Positions 9,331 through 18,199 of a DNA stretch of 64,000 nt are shown here, one piece after another; position 1 is the stretch's first letter, and each line of letters opens with the position of its first letter. The DNA is from Pseudomonadota bacterium (lineage in GTDB: Bacteria; Desulfobacterota; Desulfobacteria; Desulfobacterales; JBDRRP01). The stretch covers positions 1 to 64,000 of the forward strand of contig JBDRRP010000155.1 of NCBI GenBank assembly GCA_043825735.1. The letters run 5' to 3'. The notes below the pieces were generated by a model that was not told the origin of the DNA, searched no databases, and saw nothing but the letters and a program-made list of their open reading frames with translations. Made by a program: the position numbers and the translations under genes.

Positions 9331-10767
9331 TCAATCGCCGGCCACCCAACGCTCCAGCGTCGGCGGCACCGCCACACAGGCGGAAACGGCGTCCAGGGGG
9401 CAATGGGCACTGAGTTCGACCCCTTCCTGAATGACGGAAACCGGCCGGTCGGAAGACACGACAACGATCATGAGTCCCGGGCGGGCCGCGGTAAACCGCA
9501 GGGCCGAGTTGTACCGCGCCCCCCGGGCGCGGTCTTCACCGGCAATGGCGCGGCCGTCCAGAAGACAGGCAAAGGCATGGAGTTTTACATCGGCCCCGAT
9601 ATGCAGCGCCCCGTCCACCTTGGCCAGGGACTGCGCCAGCGAAAGATTCTCGGGCGCTCTGAGGTCCAGCGGCGCCTCCAGGCGCTGTCCACTGATGGAT
9701 ACCGGCCGTCGGTTCAGATCAATAACTAGGGTGCACCCGTATTTGCCGCTTTCCGCCGTGTGGACGATGTCGTTGATGGTCTTGAACAAGGCATCGCGCA
9801 CCTCCGGATCGAGGCGGGATTCCAGCAGTATTTCCTCCACCTGCACAAGCTTGGCACGATGGGTTGTGGACAGAAACCGGCCATTGGCGAAACTGCAGAT
9901 TTTCTCCCCGTTGAGGCGCAGCAATCCGTAGCCTCCGCGGAAATCGGCGACGATATTGAATCGCGGCGGCGCCCCCCGGGCGATCCCAACGATGGCGCGT
10001 CCATCCGACACCAGTATCCTGGGCGAAAACTCGACGGAAGTGAGGAGTTTGCGCACATGCTTGAAATTGTCCAGCAGGGGCCGTTCGGCTTCAGGAAACC
10101 GGGCTGCGAACACGACACTTTGCATGGCACTCGGTTCCACGAACATGAGTTTCCCTCTGGCCCAGGCCCCCTCCTCCAGTGTCCTGGAAATCCCCAGCAC
10201 CGCGTCGAGGATGGGATAAATCCTAAGCCGGGTATCCATCCCCAGGGCCTGTCCCATTTCGTCGATGATGAAATCACGGACGGCATGGGTCGCATACTCC
10301 CTGAGAAAGGCTCCTGAAATGCCGGTGTAAAGCTCCTTGGCGTTGGCCACATCGTGGCTGAGCCGATACACCGCGTGCTCCAGCCACCGCCCGGTCGGCC
10401 CCACGGCGCACATATCGGGATGGTGTTCGGTGAACCACATCTGGTAGTACATGGAGGCCGAACGTCCCCCGAAAGAGATGCGCCCTGCCAGCCCCAGGTC
10501 CTTCTCGGTCAGGATCTGATCGAACCGCCGCAGCCGGGCCATGGCCACCGGGGGGAGGCGCCAATCGCCGCTGTCCACAAAGAGTTCCCGGAACCGCGGC
10601 TGGTGTCCATCCAGCAAGCCCTGAGGGTCGCACACCCGCAAAGGGTCATCGGCGGCGACCGCATAGATCATGGCCACCCGACTGGTCCCGGAAAAAAGGC
10701 TCAAGCCTTCCCGCAGGCCGTCCAGGATGTCGTAAATGCACCGGCAGTGGAAATCGTTGACTGGCAT
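9331..10767 (-). CDS. DisA_N/diadenylate-cyclase-like domain protein with a long N-terminal region
   Basis: C-terminal GCTLVI...LAKVDGALHI...RGARYNSA...IVVVSSD matches the DAC-fold pattern. RHR is replaced by RYN. Confidence 0.75.
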   Translation of the reverse strand: MPVNDFHCRCIYDILDGLREGLSLFSGTSRVAMIYAVAADDPLRVCDPQGLLDGHQPRFRELFVDSGDWRLPPVAMARLRRFDQILTEKDLGLAGRISFGGRSASMYYQMWFTEHHPDMCAVGPTGRWLEHAVYRLSHDVANAKELYTGISGAFLREYATHAVRDFIIDEMGQALGMDTRLRIYPILDAVLGISRTLEEGAWARGKLMFVEPSAMQSVVFAARFPEAERPLLDNFKHVRKLLTSVEFSPRILVSDGRAIVGIARGAPPRFNIVADFRGGYGLLRLNGEKICSFANGRFLSTTHRAKLVQVEEILLESRLDPEVRDALFKTINDIVHTAESGKYGCTLVIDLNRRPVSISGQRLEAPLDLRAPENLSLAQSLAKVDGALHIGADVKLHAFACLLDGRAIAGEDRARGARYNSALRFTAARPGLMIVVVSSDRPVSVIQEGVELSAHCPLDAVSACVAVPPTLERWVAGD

Positions 10768-10769
10768 CG

Positions 10770-11531
10770 CTACACGTCTGTGTGGTCAGGTTTCATGCTA
10801 AAGCGCCAGGCGCAAAACCATTCCTCCGGGTGTGCATCCGGCGGGCAGGCCACGCATTGGGTGACGATGCGCGGATCCACGGCCCGGGCAAAATAAGTGT
10901 ACTCCACCAGGCCGGCCGATTTGCAGGGATAGTCGTCCAGCCCTTTACGCTGGCGGGTCGCTTGCACGCGACACTGGTTCATCTGGAAAACAAAGGCGTG
11001 CGGCCCCTCGTCCACAATGCTCTGGGTGTTGATACGGGCGTAGATACGAAACTGCAGGGCATGCTTGAGCCCCTCAAGACCGGGGCGCTCGGACAATCCG
11101 AGAAAACGCTTGATGGCCCGGGCTTCGACAGGTGAAAAGTGCGCCCAGCAGGAATCGTTGCACCGCTTGGCCTCGTTCATTCCACTGTCGAACTCCACCG
11201 CCTGGAACCAGACGCCGTCGTTGGCCAGCCAGTTTACGGCAAGGGCGTCGATGAGGCGGTCCAGACGATCATCGGAAAGATCGTGCACGGGTGCCGGAAG
11301 CCCTTGCACCAATTCAACCCCGAAGAGTTTTCCGATTCGGGCGAGCTGGATGTCCAGGCTTTTTTGCGAAACGGTTTCAAGCACATCGAGGGCCCGTTCC
11401 ATTCCCATCTGGTGCCTGACTTCAGTGAACCACAAACCGTAGTGAACGATGGTGCGTTGGAACAGATCACGAATCAGTCGGGTTTTGTCTTCGCGGGAAA
11501 GGTGATGGATGCTTTTCGGCACGACGCTCAT
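10770..11531 (-). CDS. DUF6125-like Cys-rich cytosolic protein
   Basis: WLANDGVWFQAVE, CRVQ..R.RKGL..YPCK and CVACPPD.HP..WFCAWRF. RBS ACAGGAGG before the ATG at 11531. Confidence 0.7.
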   Translation of the reverse strand: MSVVPKSIHHLSREDKTRLIRDLFQRTIVHYGLWFTEVRHQMGMERALDVLETVSQKSLDIQLARIGKLFGVELVQGLPAPVHDLSDDRLDRLIDALAVNWLANDGVWFQAVEFDSGMNEAKRCNDSCWAHFSPVEARAIKRFLGLSERPGLEGLKHALQFRIYARINTQSIVDEGPHAFVFQMNQCRVQATRQRKGLDDYPCKSAGLVEYTYFARAVDPRIVTQCVACPPDAHPEEWFCAWRFSMKPDHTDV

Positions 11532-11685
11532 CGGTGAAATCCTCCTGTGAGAGGGTATCGGAGGCAGGAGCCGGTGGAAAGTATACACCAGGGGGCGACA
11601 AAAGGCCACAAACACCGGGCAGAACGCTCGATGTCGATGGCTCTGAAAAAAAGCCGGTTTTTCTCGCAAAGTGTTCAACCGAGCA

Positions 11686-11712
11686 CGGGCGGGGATAACC
11701 CCCGCACCCTAC
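11686..11712 (-). repeat. GTAG-type REP-like palindrome
   Basis: Minus strand reads GTAGGGTGCGGGGGTTATCCCCGCCCG. A partial second copy CCCCGCACCCTAC lies at 30613-30625. Confidence 0.6.
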
Positions 11713-11780
11713 ACAAGATTTAGTGATCCCCAGTGCCTATTTGCAACGCTGCGGTGGACCAAAAGAGCCGCTGTTGGTTC

Positions 11781-11962
11781 GGTGCCCATTCACAGGTGGT
11801 AGATTTTGGTTCCTGGCACTTGTCCGCCATCGCCGTAGTTTTGGCGACGGCGGAAGGCCCGAGCACTTTTGCAACCGGAGGCGTAGCTCCGCTACGTCGA
11901 GGATTGCAAAAGGGGCGAGTACGCCGCCAGGGGCCAAAAAATGCCGCCTGTGAACGGACACC
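11781..11962. mobile_element. MITE-like element, about 180 bp, with TIRs
   Basis: Left end GGTGCCCATTCACAGGTGG; right end (reverse complement) GGTGTCCGTTCACAGGCGG. Internal long hairpin CTTTTGCAA...CGTAGC-TCC-GCTACG...TTGCAAAAG. Confidence 0.75.
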
Positions 11963-11964
11963 CG

Positions 11965-12603
11965 CTACCCTTCGTACAGCACCGCCAGGATGGTGGCTTT
12001 TCCCGTCTTGGCGGCCAGTACGTGCGGGGTGGTGGAGAGATAATAGGCGCTGTCGCCGATCTCGAGTTCGTAGGCATTGTCACCGATCTGAAATGACACG
12101 ACGCCGTCCAGCACGAAGATAAACTCCTCTCCGCCATGAACCGAGTGCTCCGGATCCGGGTTTTCCTCCAACTGCACCACAAGCGCTTCCATGTGGCGCC
12201 CGTGGACCTCTGGAGCAAGACTCTTGTAGGAGTAAAGGTGTTTTTTTCCCTTGCTGGACGTGGACCGGGACACGCTTTTGCGGGCGTTGCTGCGGGTGAT
12301 GGCATAGAGCTGGTCGCCCACTCCGGAGACGAGCCGGCCGAAAGCGCCGTCCAGGGCCTTGGAGAGCTTCATCACGGTGCCCAGCTGAGGCTGCACCTCG
12401 TTTGTCTCGATCCGGGCAAGAAGATCGGGTTCAAAACCGGTCATGTTGGCCAATGCTTCCAGAGTGAGGCCCTTGCTCTCGCGCAGACCCCGGATGCGTT
12501 GCCCGATCTCTTCGATCCCCGGGCGATCGGCATCGGGCAGATCACCGGTGAGATCTTCAAAAAAGTCCACGTTGATGTAGGGTTTCTTGTCCTTTTTTTC
12601 CAT
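11965..12603 (-). CDS. XRE-family HTH / cupin transcriptional regulator
   Basis: IGQRIRGLRESKGLTLEALA HTH; cupin HGGEEFIFVLDG. Confidence 0.9.
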   Translation of the reverse strand: MEKKDKKPYINVDFFEDLTGDLPDADRPGIEEIGQRIRGLRESKGLTLEALANMTGFEPDLLARIETNEVQPQLGTVMKLSKALDGAFGRLVSGVGDQLYAITRSNARKSVSRSTSSKGKKHLYSYKSLAPEVHGRHMEALVVQLEENPDPEHSVHGGEEFIFVLDGVVSFQIGDNAYELEIGDSAYYLSTTPHVLAAKTGKATILAVLYEG

Positions 12604-12623
12604 TGATCAACTCCTTGGTCGGG

Positions 12624-13790
12624 TTACGGGCGATAGGCTTCCGGCAGCACCGCCTGGGCAGTCCACTCGGCGGGGATCTTCTGGTCGGGCGCCTCGCCCA
12701 TTTTCTCCTTGAGTTTTTTCAGGCCTGGCCGCGCGAACTCCATGTGCCCCTCCTTGAGGGTGCGGCCGTTGATGGCCGCCTCGCTTCTGAGCCGATGGCC
12801 TGCGGTGCGCTCGAGCTGGCGGCCCAACCAGAGCACCCGATCCACGTCGTAGCCGTGGGCGATCCCCATTTCATCGATCTGCACCAGCATGTCTTCCAGG
12901 CAGGCGAGCCCCACGTAGCGCGGATCTTTGTAATAGTAATCCCCGGTGCCCGGTACCGGACAGTCGTCGAGAAAGTTGGCCGGCTGGCCGCCCAGCCCCC
13001 CCAAGGTACCTTCAAAGTGGGTGATGCCCGCCTGGAGCGCGGCCAATATCGAGGCGGAAGCCACCCGCTTGGTCTCGTGGAAGTGGGCGATATGAACCCG
13101 GGTGTCGGGGATGGCGTCAAGAACCATGGAAAAATACCGGTAGACTTCCGGCGCCGAGGCGCTGCCGTCATGGTCGGCGTGCTCGATGTCGGTGGCGCCG
13201 ATCTCAAGCCATCGTTTAGTGAATTCCACGGCGTCTTTGAGCTCGGTGGCGCCGGCAATGGGACTGCCCCAGATGGTACTCACCGTACCGCACATCTGCA
13301 TGCCGGCGTCACGGCATTTCTTGATCGCCCGCTCGCACTCCTTCCAGTACTCGGGCAGGGTCAGGCCAGAGTTGGCAAAATGGTGCTGCTCCTCGGTGGA
13401 CACCATCATGAGGCATCGATCCGGCCCGACGCCCTTCTCCCGAAGGCGGATGGCCCGATCCACACCCGGCTCGCGGATGGTGACCACCGTGATGGTGATA
13501 TCCTCGGGGCTGATCCCCCGCTTCAGGCAGCGTTTTTTGAATGAATCGCTGCGCAGGTGGGTCAGCACCGCCTCGGCGTCGCTGAACTGCGGCATCAGGT
13601 AGGGGTTGCCCAGATTGGTCACTTCGATGTTGCGGCAACCGGCGAATATCATCTCTTCCGCGTAGAAGATCTTGGCCCGCGTGGAAATGAATTTTTCCAG
13701 GTGCTGGAACCCATCGCGAACGGTGATATCGCCGAGGGTAACTTTGCGGGGCATTCGAGGAAATATTTTCCAGTAGTCATATTCAGTCAT
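12624..13790 (-). CDS. HMG-CoA lyase-like DRE-TIM metallolyase (LiuE-like)
   Basis: VRDGFQ and HFHET motifs; GTLGGLGGQP; operon context. Confidence 0.75.
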   Translation of the reverse strand: MTEYDYWKIFPRMPRKVTLGDITVRDGFQHLEKFISTRAKIFYAEEMIFAGCRNIEVTNLGNPYLMPQFSDAEAVLTHLRSDSFKKRCLKRGISPEDITITVVTIREPGVDRAIRLREKGVGPDRCLMMVSTEEQHHFANSGLTLPEYWKECERAIKKCRDAGMQMCGTVSTIWGSPIAGATELKDAVEFTKRWLEIGATDIEHADHDGSASAPEVYRYFSMVLDAIPDTRVHIAHFHETKRVASASILAALQAGITHFEGTLGGLGGQPANFLDDCPVPGTGDYYYKDPRYVGLACLEDMLVQIDEMGIAHGYDVDRVLWLGRQLERTAGHRLRSEAAINGRTLKEGHMEFARPGLKKLKEKMGEAPDQKIPAEWTAQAVLPEAYRP

Positions 13791-13823
13791 GGTGTCCTCC
13801 TATTATGGTAGCGATAGATGTTC

Positions 13824-13909
13824 AACCACGGCGTTCACGAAGGGTCCGGGGGGCTTGTCGATAACACTTGTTCTTGGTTTCTCCGCTTCTCCGTGTCCTC
13901 CGTGGTAAA
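13824..13909. repeat. Degenerate (CACGGAG/CACGAAG)n inverted-repeat element
   Basis: AACCACGGCGTTCACGAAG ... CTCCGCTTCTCCGTGTCCTCCGTGGT. Confidence 0.7.
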
Positions 13910-13948
13910 AACGTCATTTTGCCATGGCATCCACTTCATGCAGCGCGC

Positions 13949-15553
13949 TTAGAACCTGAAATTGCCAAACGCCGGCTCGCCGATGGGCTTGAGCAAACTA
14001 ACCTCGAATGCCATGGCCAGCCAGTCGCGAACCTCAGCGAATTTAAGTACCCGGTCGTTGAGCAGCCGGGCGCCGCAGGTAAACGGGTGGGCCTCCCCGT
14101 CGTATTTCTCGATCATCTGCTGCTGAAACGCCTGTTTTTCATCATCGCTCATGGGTTTTCCGCCGGCAGCCCGTTTGCGCTCTTCGATGGACAGCAGCAC
14201 ACCGGCGGCGCTGCGGCCGCTCATGACACCGGTGCGCGCCCGCATCGTGGAGAAAAGAAAATGGGGCTTATAGGCGCGCCCGCACATGCCGTAATTGGCC
14301 GCGCCGTTGTCGGGGCCGATGACGAGCTGAATCCGGGGCACCTGGGCGCAGGAAACAGCGCGCACCATGTCGGAGCCGTACTTGCCGATGCCCATATGCT
14401 CGGACTCGGAGCCCACCATGTACCCCGGGGCGTTCTGGACGAACAGCAGCGGCGTCTTCTCCTGGGAGCAGCGCACGATCCACTCGGCGCCCTTGCGGGC
14501 GGATTCCGCGAAAATGATGCCCACTGAATTGGAGGCCACCACCCCCACGGGGATCCCCTTGATGCGGATTTTTCCGCACACGAGATTGTCGCCGCGGCCG
14601 GGGGCGTAGTGCTGCTTGTACTCGATAAAGTAGCTGTCATCGGCGATGGTTTCCAAAAAGCGGCGGCCGTCGATGCCCTGATGGATCTTTGACGGCATGA
14701 CCTCGTAGATCGTCTCCGGCGGCACCCGGGGCGGCGTTTCGGCATAGCGGTGGGAATGGAGTTTTTGCGGCGCCTCCAGGGCCAGGATTTCCCGCACCCG
14801 GATCACCGCCTCATCCTGGCTGGTACAAAAATGATCCGCACCGCCGGACACATGGGTGTGGACCCTGGCCCCGCCCAGGTCCTCGGCGGAGATTTCCTCG
14901 CCGGTAGCCATCTTCACCAGCGGCGGCCCGCCCAGAAAGGAGTAGGACATTTTGTCGATCATGACCGACTGGCAGGCCATGAAGACGATATAAGCGCCGC
15001 CGGCGGTGTTGCCACCGGTGCTCATGGTGATCTGTTTGAGCCCCATCGCCGACATGCGGGCCATGTTGTAGAACATGGAGCCGAAGTGGCCGTCATCGGG
15101 GAAGACATCGGCCTGCATGGGCAGAAAGGCCCCGCCCGAGTCGGCAATGTAGACGCAGTTGATCCCGCAGCGCTCGGCGATGGCCTGGGCCCGCATGTGC
15201 TTTTTCAAGGTGATGGGAAAATAGGTGCCTGCCTTCACCCGAGGGTCGTTTCCGAAGATCATGGTCCAGTTGCCGTTGATCTTGCCGATGCCGGTGACCA
15301 CGCCGCCGGAATGAACGTCGTCGATGCCTTCGGGGTAGTTGACCCCGAAGCCGGCGATCGCGCTCAACTCGAAAAACGCCGTCCCGGGGTCCACCAGTTT
15401 TTCGATGAGCTGGCGCACCGGCTGTTTGCCCTGTTTGGCCAGCCGGTCCACCGCCTTTTGCCCGCCGGGCCAAACGGCTTCAAAGACGCGCTGGTCCAGC
15501 TTCTGCTCCTCGCTCAGCCAATGGCTGCGATTTTCCTCAGGATTGATCGTCAT
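13949..15553 (-). CDS. Acyl-CoA carboxyltransferase (methylcrotonyl-CoA carboxylase beta-like)
   Basis: ADSGGAFLPMQ.DVFPD..HFG, TAGGAY, LGGPPLVK.ATGE, GAANYGMCGRAY. GGAG RBS before the ATG at 15553. The longer ORF runs into repeat DNA. Confidence 0.88.
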   Translation of the reverse strand: MTINPEENRSHWLSEEQKLDQRVFEAVWPGGQKAVDRLAKQGKQPVRQLIEKLVDPGTAFFELSAIAGFGVNYPEGIDDVHSGGVVTGIGKINGNWTMIFGNDPRVKAGTYFPITLKKHMRAQAIAERCGINCVYIADSGGAFLPMQADVFPDDGHFGSMFYNMARMSAMGLKQITMSTGGNTAGGAYIVFMACQSVMIDKMSYSFLGGPPLVKMATGEEISAEDLGGARVHTHVSGGADHFCTSQDEAVIRVREILALEAPQKLHSHRYAETPPRVPPETIYEVMPSKIHQGIDGRRFLETIADDSYFIEYKQHYAPGRGDNLVCGKIRIKGIPVGVVASNSVGIIFAESARKGAEWIVRCSQEKTPLLFVQNAPGYMVGSESEHMGIGKYGSDMVRAVSCAQVPRIQLVIGPDNGAANYGMCGRAYKPHFLFSTMRARTGVMSGRSAAGVLLSIEERKRAAGGKPMSDDEKQAFQQQMIEKYDGEAHPFTCGARLLNDRVLKFAEVRDWLAMAFEVSLLKPIGEPAFGNFRF

Positions 15554-15570
15554 ATCCATCTCCGTTAACC

Positions 15571-15900
15571 TTGATAAAACCGTAAAAAGTGATTTTGAAC
15601 CACAGAGACCGCAGAGAACATATCGAATAACAAATTCCGCTTGTTTATGAATCGCCAGTTCTACGTCAAAGGCCAATGTCCCCAATGAGATTTTCATCAC
15701 CACGGAGTCACTGAGGGCACGGAGAAACTCAAAATCAGTTGATTTTGAATATCAAATCTCCGTGTCCTCCGTGACTCCGTGGTTCAACATCACTGTGGGA
15801 AGAGCCCCACTGTCGATTTGCTGCATAAGCGAATTACTAATGAGCATCTCTGCGCTCTCTGCGTCCTCTGTGGTGATTTGAGACTTTTTACATTGCCATA
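15571..15900. mobile_element. Nested composite element with three clear layers and one weak layer
   Basis: TIRs 15571-15590 / 15883-15900. CAGAG arms 15598-15616 / 15848-15874. Weak IR 15632-15659 / 15809-15835. CACGGAG arms 15698-15724 / 15758-15784. Confidence 0.75.
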
Positions 15901-15905
15901 GTCTG

Positions 15906-16688
15906 CTACTCGCCCCGATAGACCGGTTTTCGTTTTTCCCGGAAGGCGGCCAGACCTTCCAGCCGGTCCTTCGTGGGAATGGTGACCCAGTAGGCGTTGG
16001 ACTCGATGGCCATGCCCGTTTGCAGATCGGTTTCCATGCCATAGTTGATGGCATACTTGGCCTGCTCGATGGCGACGGGGCCGGTTTCACAAATCATGGA
16101 CGCCATCTCCTGACAGGCCGGCAGCAGATCCGCCGGCGGGCAGACCCGGTTCACCAGTCCGATCGCCAGTGCCTCTGCGGCGTCCACGCGGCGACCGGTG
16201 AAAATCAGTTCCTTGGCCTTTCCCTTACCCACAAGACGCGGCAGCCGTTGGGTTCCGCCGGCACCCGGGATGATGGCCAGCCGGGTCTCGGTCAACCCCA
16301 TGGTGGCGGTATCCGCCGCCAGCCGGATGTCTGCGGCCAGGGCCAGTTCGGTGCCCCCGCCCAAGGCAACGCCGTTGACCGCTGCGATGACCGGCTTGGG
16401 CAGGTTTTCGATGTCGGCAAACAGGCTGCGAATGGTATAGATAAACGTTTTGACCTGAACCGGGCTCAGCGTGGCCCGTTCCTTGAGATCCGCTCCGGCG
16501 CAAAACGCCCTGTCACCGGCCCCGGTGACAATGACGACCCGGATGTTCGGATCGAACCGAAGCGCGCTCACCTGATCCCGCAGTGCTTGGAGCATTTCAA
16601 AATTAAGACTGTTCATGATCTGCGGCCGGTTCAGGGTGAGCGTCGCCACACCCCCCTGGTCCTCCCGGATCAACACCGCTTCTGTCAT
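15906..16688 (-). CDS. Enoyl-CoA hydratase (methylglutaconyl-CoA hydratase-like)
   Basis: AFCAGADLKER, ALGGGTELALA.D, LTETRLAIIPGAGGTQRLPR. Confidence 0.9.
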   Translation of the reverse strand: MTEAVLIREDQGGVATLTLNRPQIMNSLNFEMLQALRDQVSALRFDPNIRVVIVTGAGDRAFCAGADLKERATLSPVQVKTFIYTIRSLFADIENLPKPVIAAVNGVALGGGTELALAADIRLAADTATMGLTETRLAIIPGAGGTQRLPRLVGKGKAKELIFTGRRVDAAEALAIGLVNRVCPPADLLPACQEMASMICETGPVAIEQAKYAINYGMETDLQTGMAIESNAYWVTIPTKDRLEGLAAFREKRKPVYRGE

Positions 16689-16707
16689 AGTCGCCTCCTT
16701 AGGAGAT

Positions 16708-16931
16708 CACCACGAAGTTCACGAAGGACACGAAGGTTTGATAAACTCAAATTTGATGAATCCGCAAAAAGAGATTTTGAACCACAGAGAGCGCAGAGGA
16801 CCGCAGAGAATATACTGAATAATTATTAAGTTATCTCTGCGCTCGCTGCGTCCTCTGTGGTGATTTCAGACTTTTTACGTGACTGCCAAATTTGTTATGG
16901 TGTTCTTCGTGCACTTCGTGAACTTCGTGGT
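16708..16931. mobile_element. Three-layer nested composite element
   Basis: CACGAAG arms 16708-16735 / 16905-16931. MITE-like ends 16753-16771 / 16869-16890, bracketed by AAATTT. CAGAG arms 16780-16808 / 16835-16861. Confidence 0.78.
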
Positions 16932-16992
16932 CCATATTAAATACTATTCGTAAGATCGACTTCAAACGGTTAATACCGCATCCAAAGTGCCA

Positions 16993-18141
16993 TCAGCACC
17001 CGATATAGCGGCTAATGACCAGCCGCTGGATCTCCGATGTCCCTTCCCCGATGTCCAGCAGCTTCTGATCCCGGTAGAAGCGCTCCACGCCGTAGTCCTT
17101 CATAAGCCCGTAGCCACCGTGAATCTGTACGGCATTGTTGGCCACCCGGCCCATGAGCTCCGAGCAATAGAGCTTGCCCATGGCCGCCTCCTTGGCAAAG
17201 GGCCGCTTGTGGTCCCTTAGCCAGCAGGCCTTGTAGAGCAGGTTTCGGCCGCACTCGATTTCCATGGCCGCGTCGGCCAGTTTGAAGGCCACCGCCTGAA
17301 ACTTGCTGATGGGCTGGCCGAACTGGACCCGCTCCTTGGCGTATTTCAGCGCTGCGTCATAAGCGCCCTGAGCACCACCGAGCCCCATGGCGCCGATGCT
17401 CAGCCGCCCGCCATCGAGGGTTTGGAGCATCTGGTGGAAACCGTCGCCGCGGTTGCCCAGAATGTTGGCGGCCGGCACCCGCACGTTGTCGAAATAGAGC
17501 TCAGCGGTGTTGGAAGCGCGCCACATCATTTTCCCGTGCATGGGCACGGTTTTGAACCCGGGGGTGCCGTGCTCCACCAGAAAGCAGGTGTATTCCGGTT
17601 TACCGTTTTCCCGGGTGCCGGTAATGGCCTGGACCGTCACCCCCAGCGACATCTCGCAGGCCGCGTTGGTGATGAAGATCTTTGAGCCGTTGATCACCCA
17701 ATCGTCGCCGTCGGGGACGGCTGTCGTCTTGCTACCGCCCGCATCGGAACCGGCGGTGGGTTCGGTGAGCCCGAAACCCCACAGAGCCTCTCCGCGGCAC
17801 AGGGGCGGCAGGTATTTTTTCTTCTGCGCCTCGGTCCCGAAATAATGGATGGGGCCGATACCCAGCGAGTTTCCGGCGGCGATGGTGGCGGCCTGGGATC
17901 CGTCCACACGGGCGATCTCCTCCACGGCAATGATATAGGAGATGTAGTCCATGGCCTGACCATCGTAGGTCTCGGGGACGAACATGCCGAACAGGCCGAT
18001 TTCCCCCATTTTCCGTGTAATTTCAGGAGAGAACGTCTCCTTTTCGTCCAACTCGGCCGCCACCGGTGCGATTTCGCTGAGGGCGAATTTGCGCACCTCC
18101 TTGCGGATCATTTCCTGTTCCCTGCTGAGATCGAAATCCAA
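16993..18141 (-). CDS. Acyl-CoA dehydrogenase (isovaleryl-CoA dehydrogenase-like by context)
   Basis: FGLTEP.AGSD, NGSKIFITN, QIHGGYG, IGEGTSEIQ. TTG start with AGGAGG RBS. Confidence 0.9.
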   Translation of the reverse strand: MDFDLSREQEMIRKEVRKFALSEIAPVAAELDEKETFSPEITRKMGEIGLFGMFVPETYDGQAMDYISYIIAVEEIARVDGSQAATIAAGNSLGIGPIHYFGTEAQKKKYLPPLCRGEALWGFGLTEPTAGSDAGGSKTTAVPDGDDWVINGSKIFITNAACEMSLGVTVQAITGTRENGKPEYTCFLVEHGTPGFKTVPMHGKMMWRASNTAELYFDNVRVPAANILGNRGDGFHQMLQTLDGGRLSIGAMGLGGAQGAYDAALKYAKERVQFGQPISKFQAVAFKLADAAMEIECGRNLLYKACWLRDHKRPFAKEAAMGKLYCSELMGRVANNAVQIHGGYGLMKDYGVERFYRDQKLLDIGEGTSEIQRLVISRYIGC

Positions 18142-18199
18142 CGGTTCCTCCTTTCCCCGGGCCGGCGCTGCTGTCCGCGGCGTCGAAAAACCCGCCTGT

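Noticed and set aside
15554..15703. N-terminal extension of the carboxyltransferase ORF (likewise 46486-46605 for thiolase and 11532-11678)
   Set aside because: The extension runs through repeat or intergenic DNA. A downstream ATG with an RBS fits the family length better.
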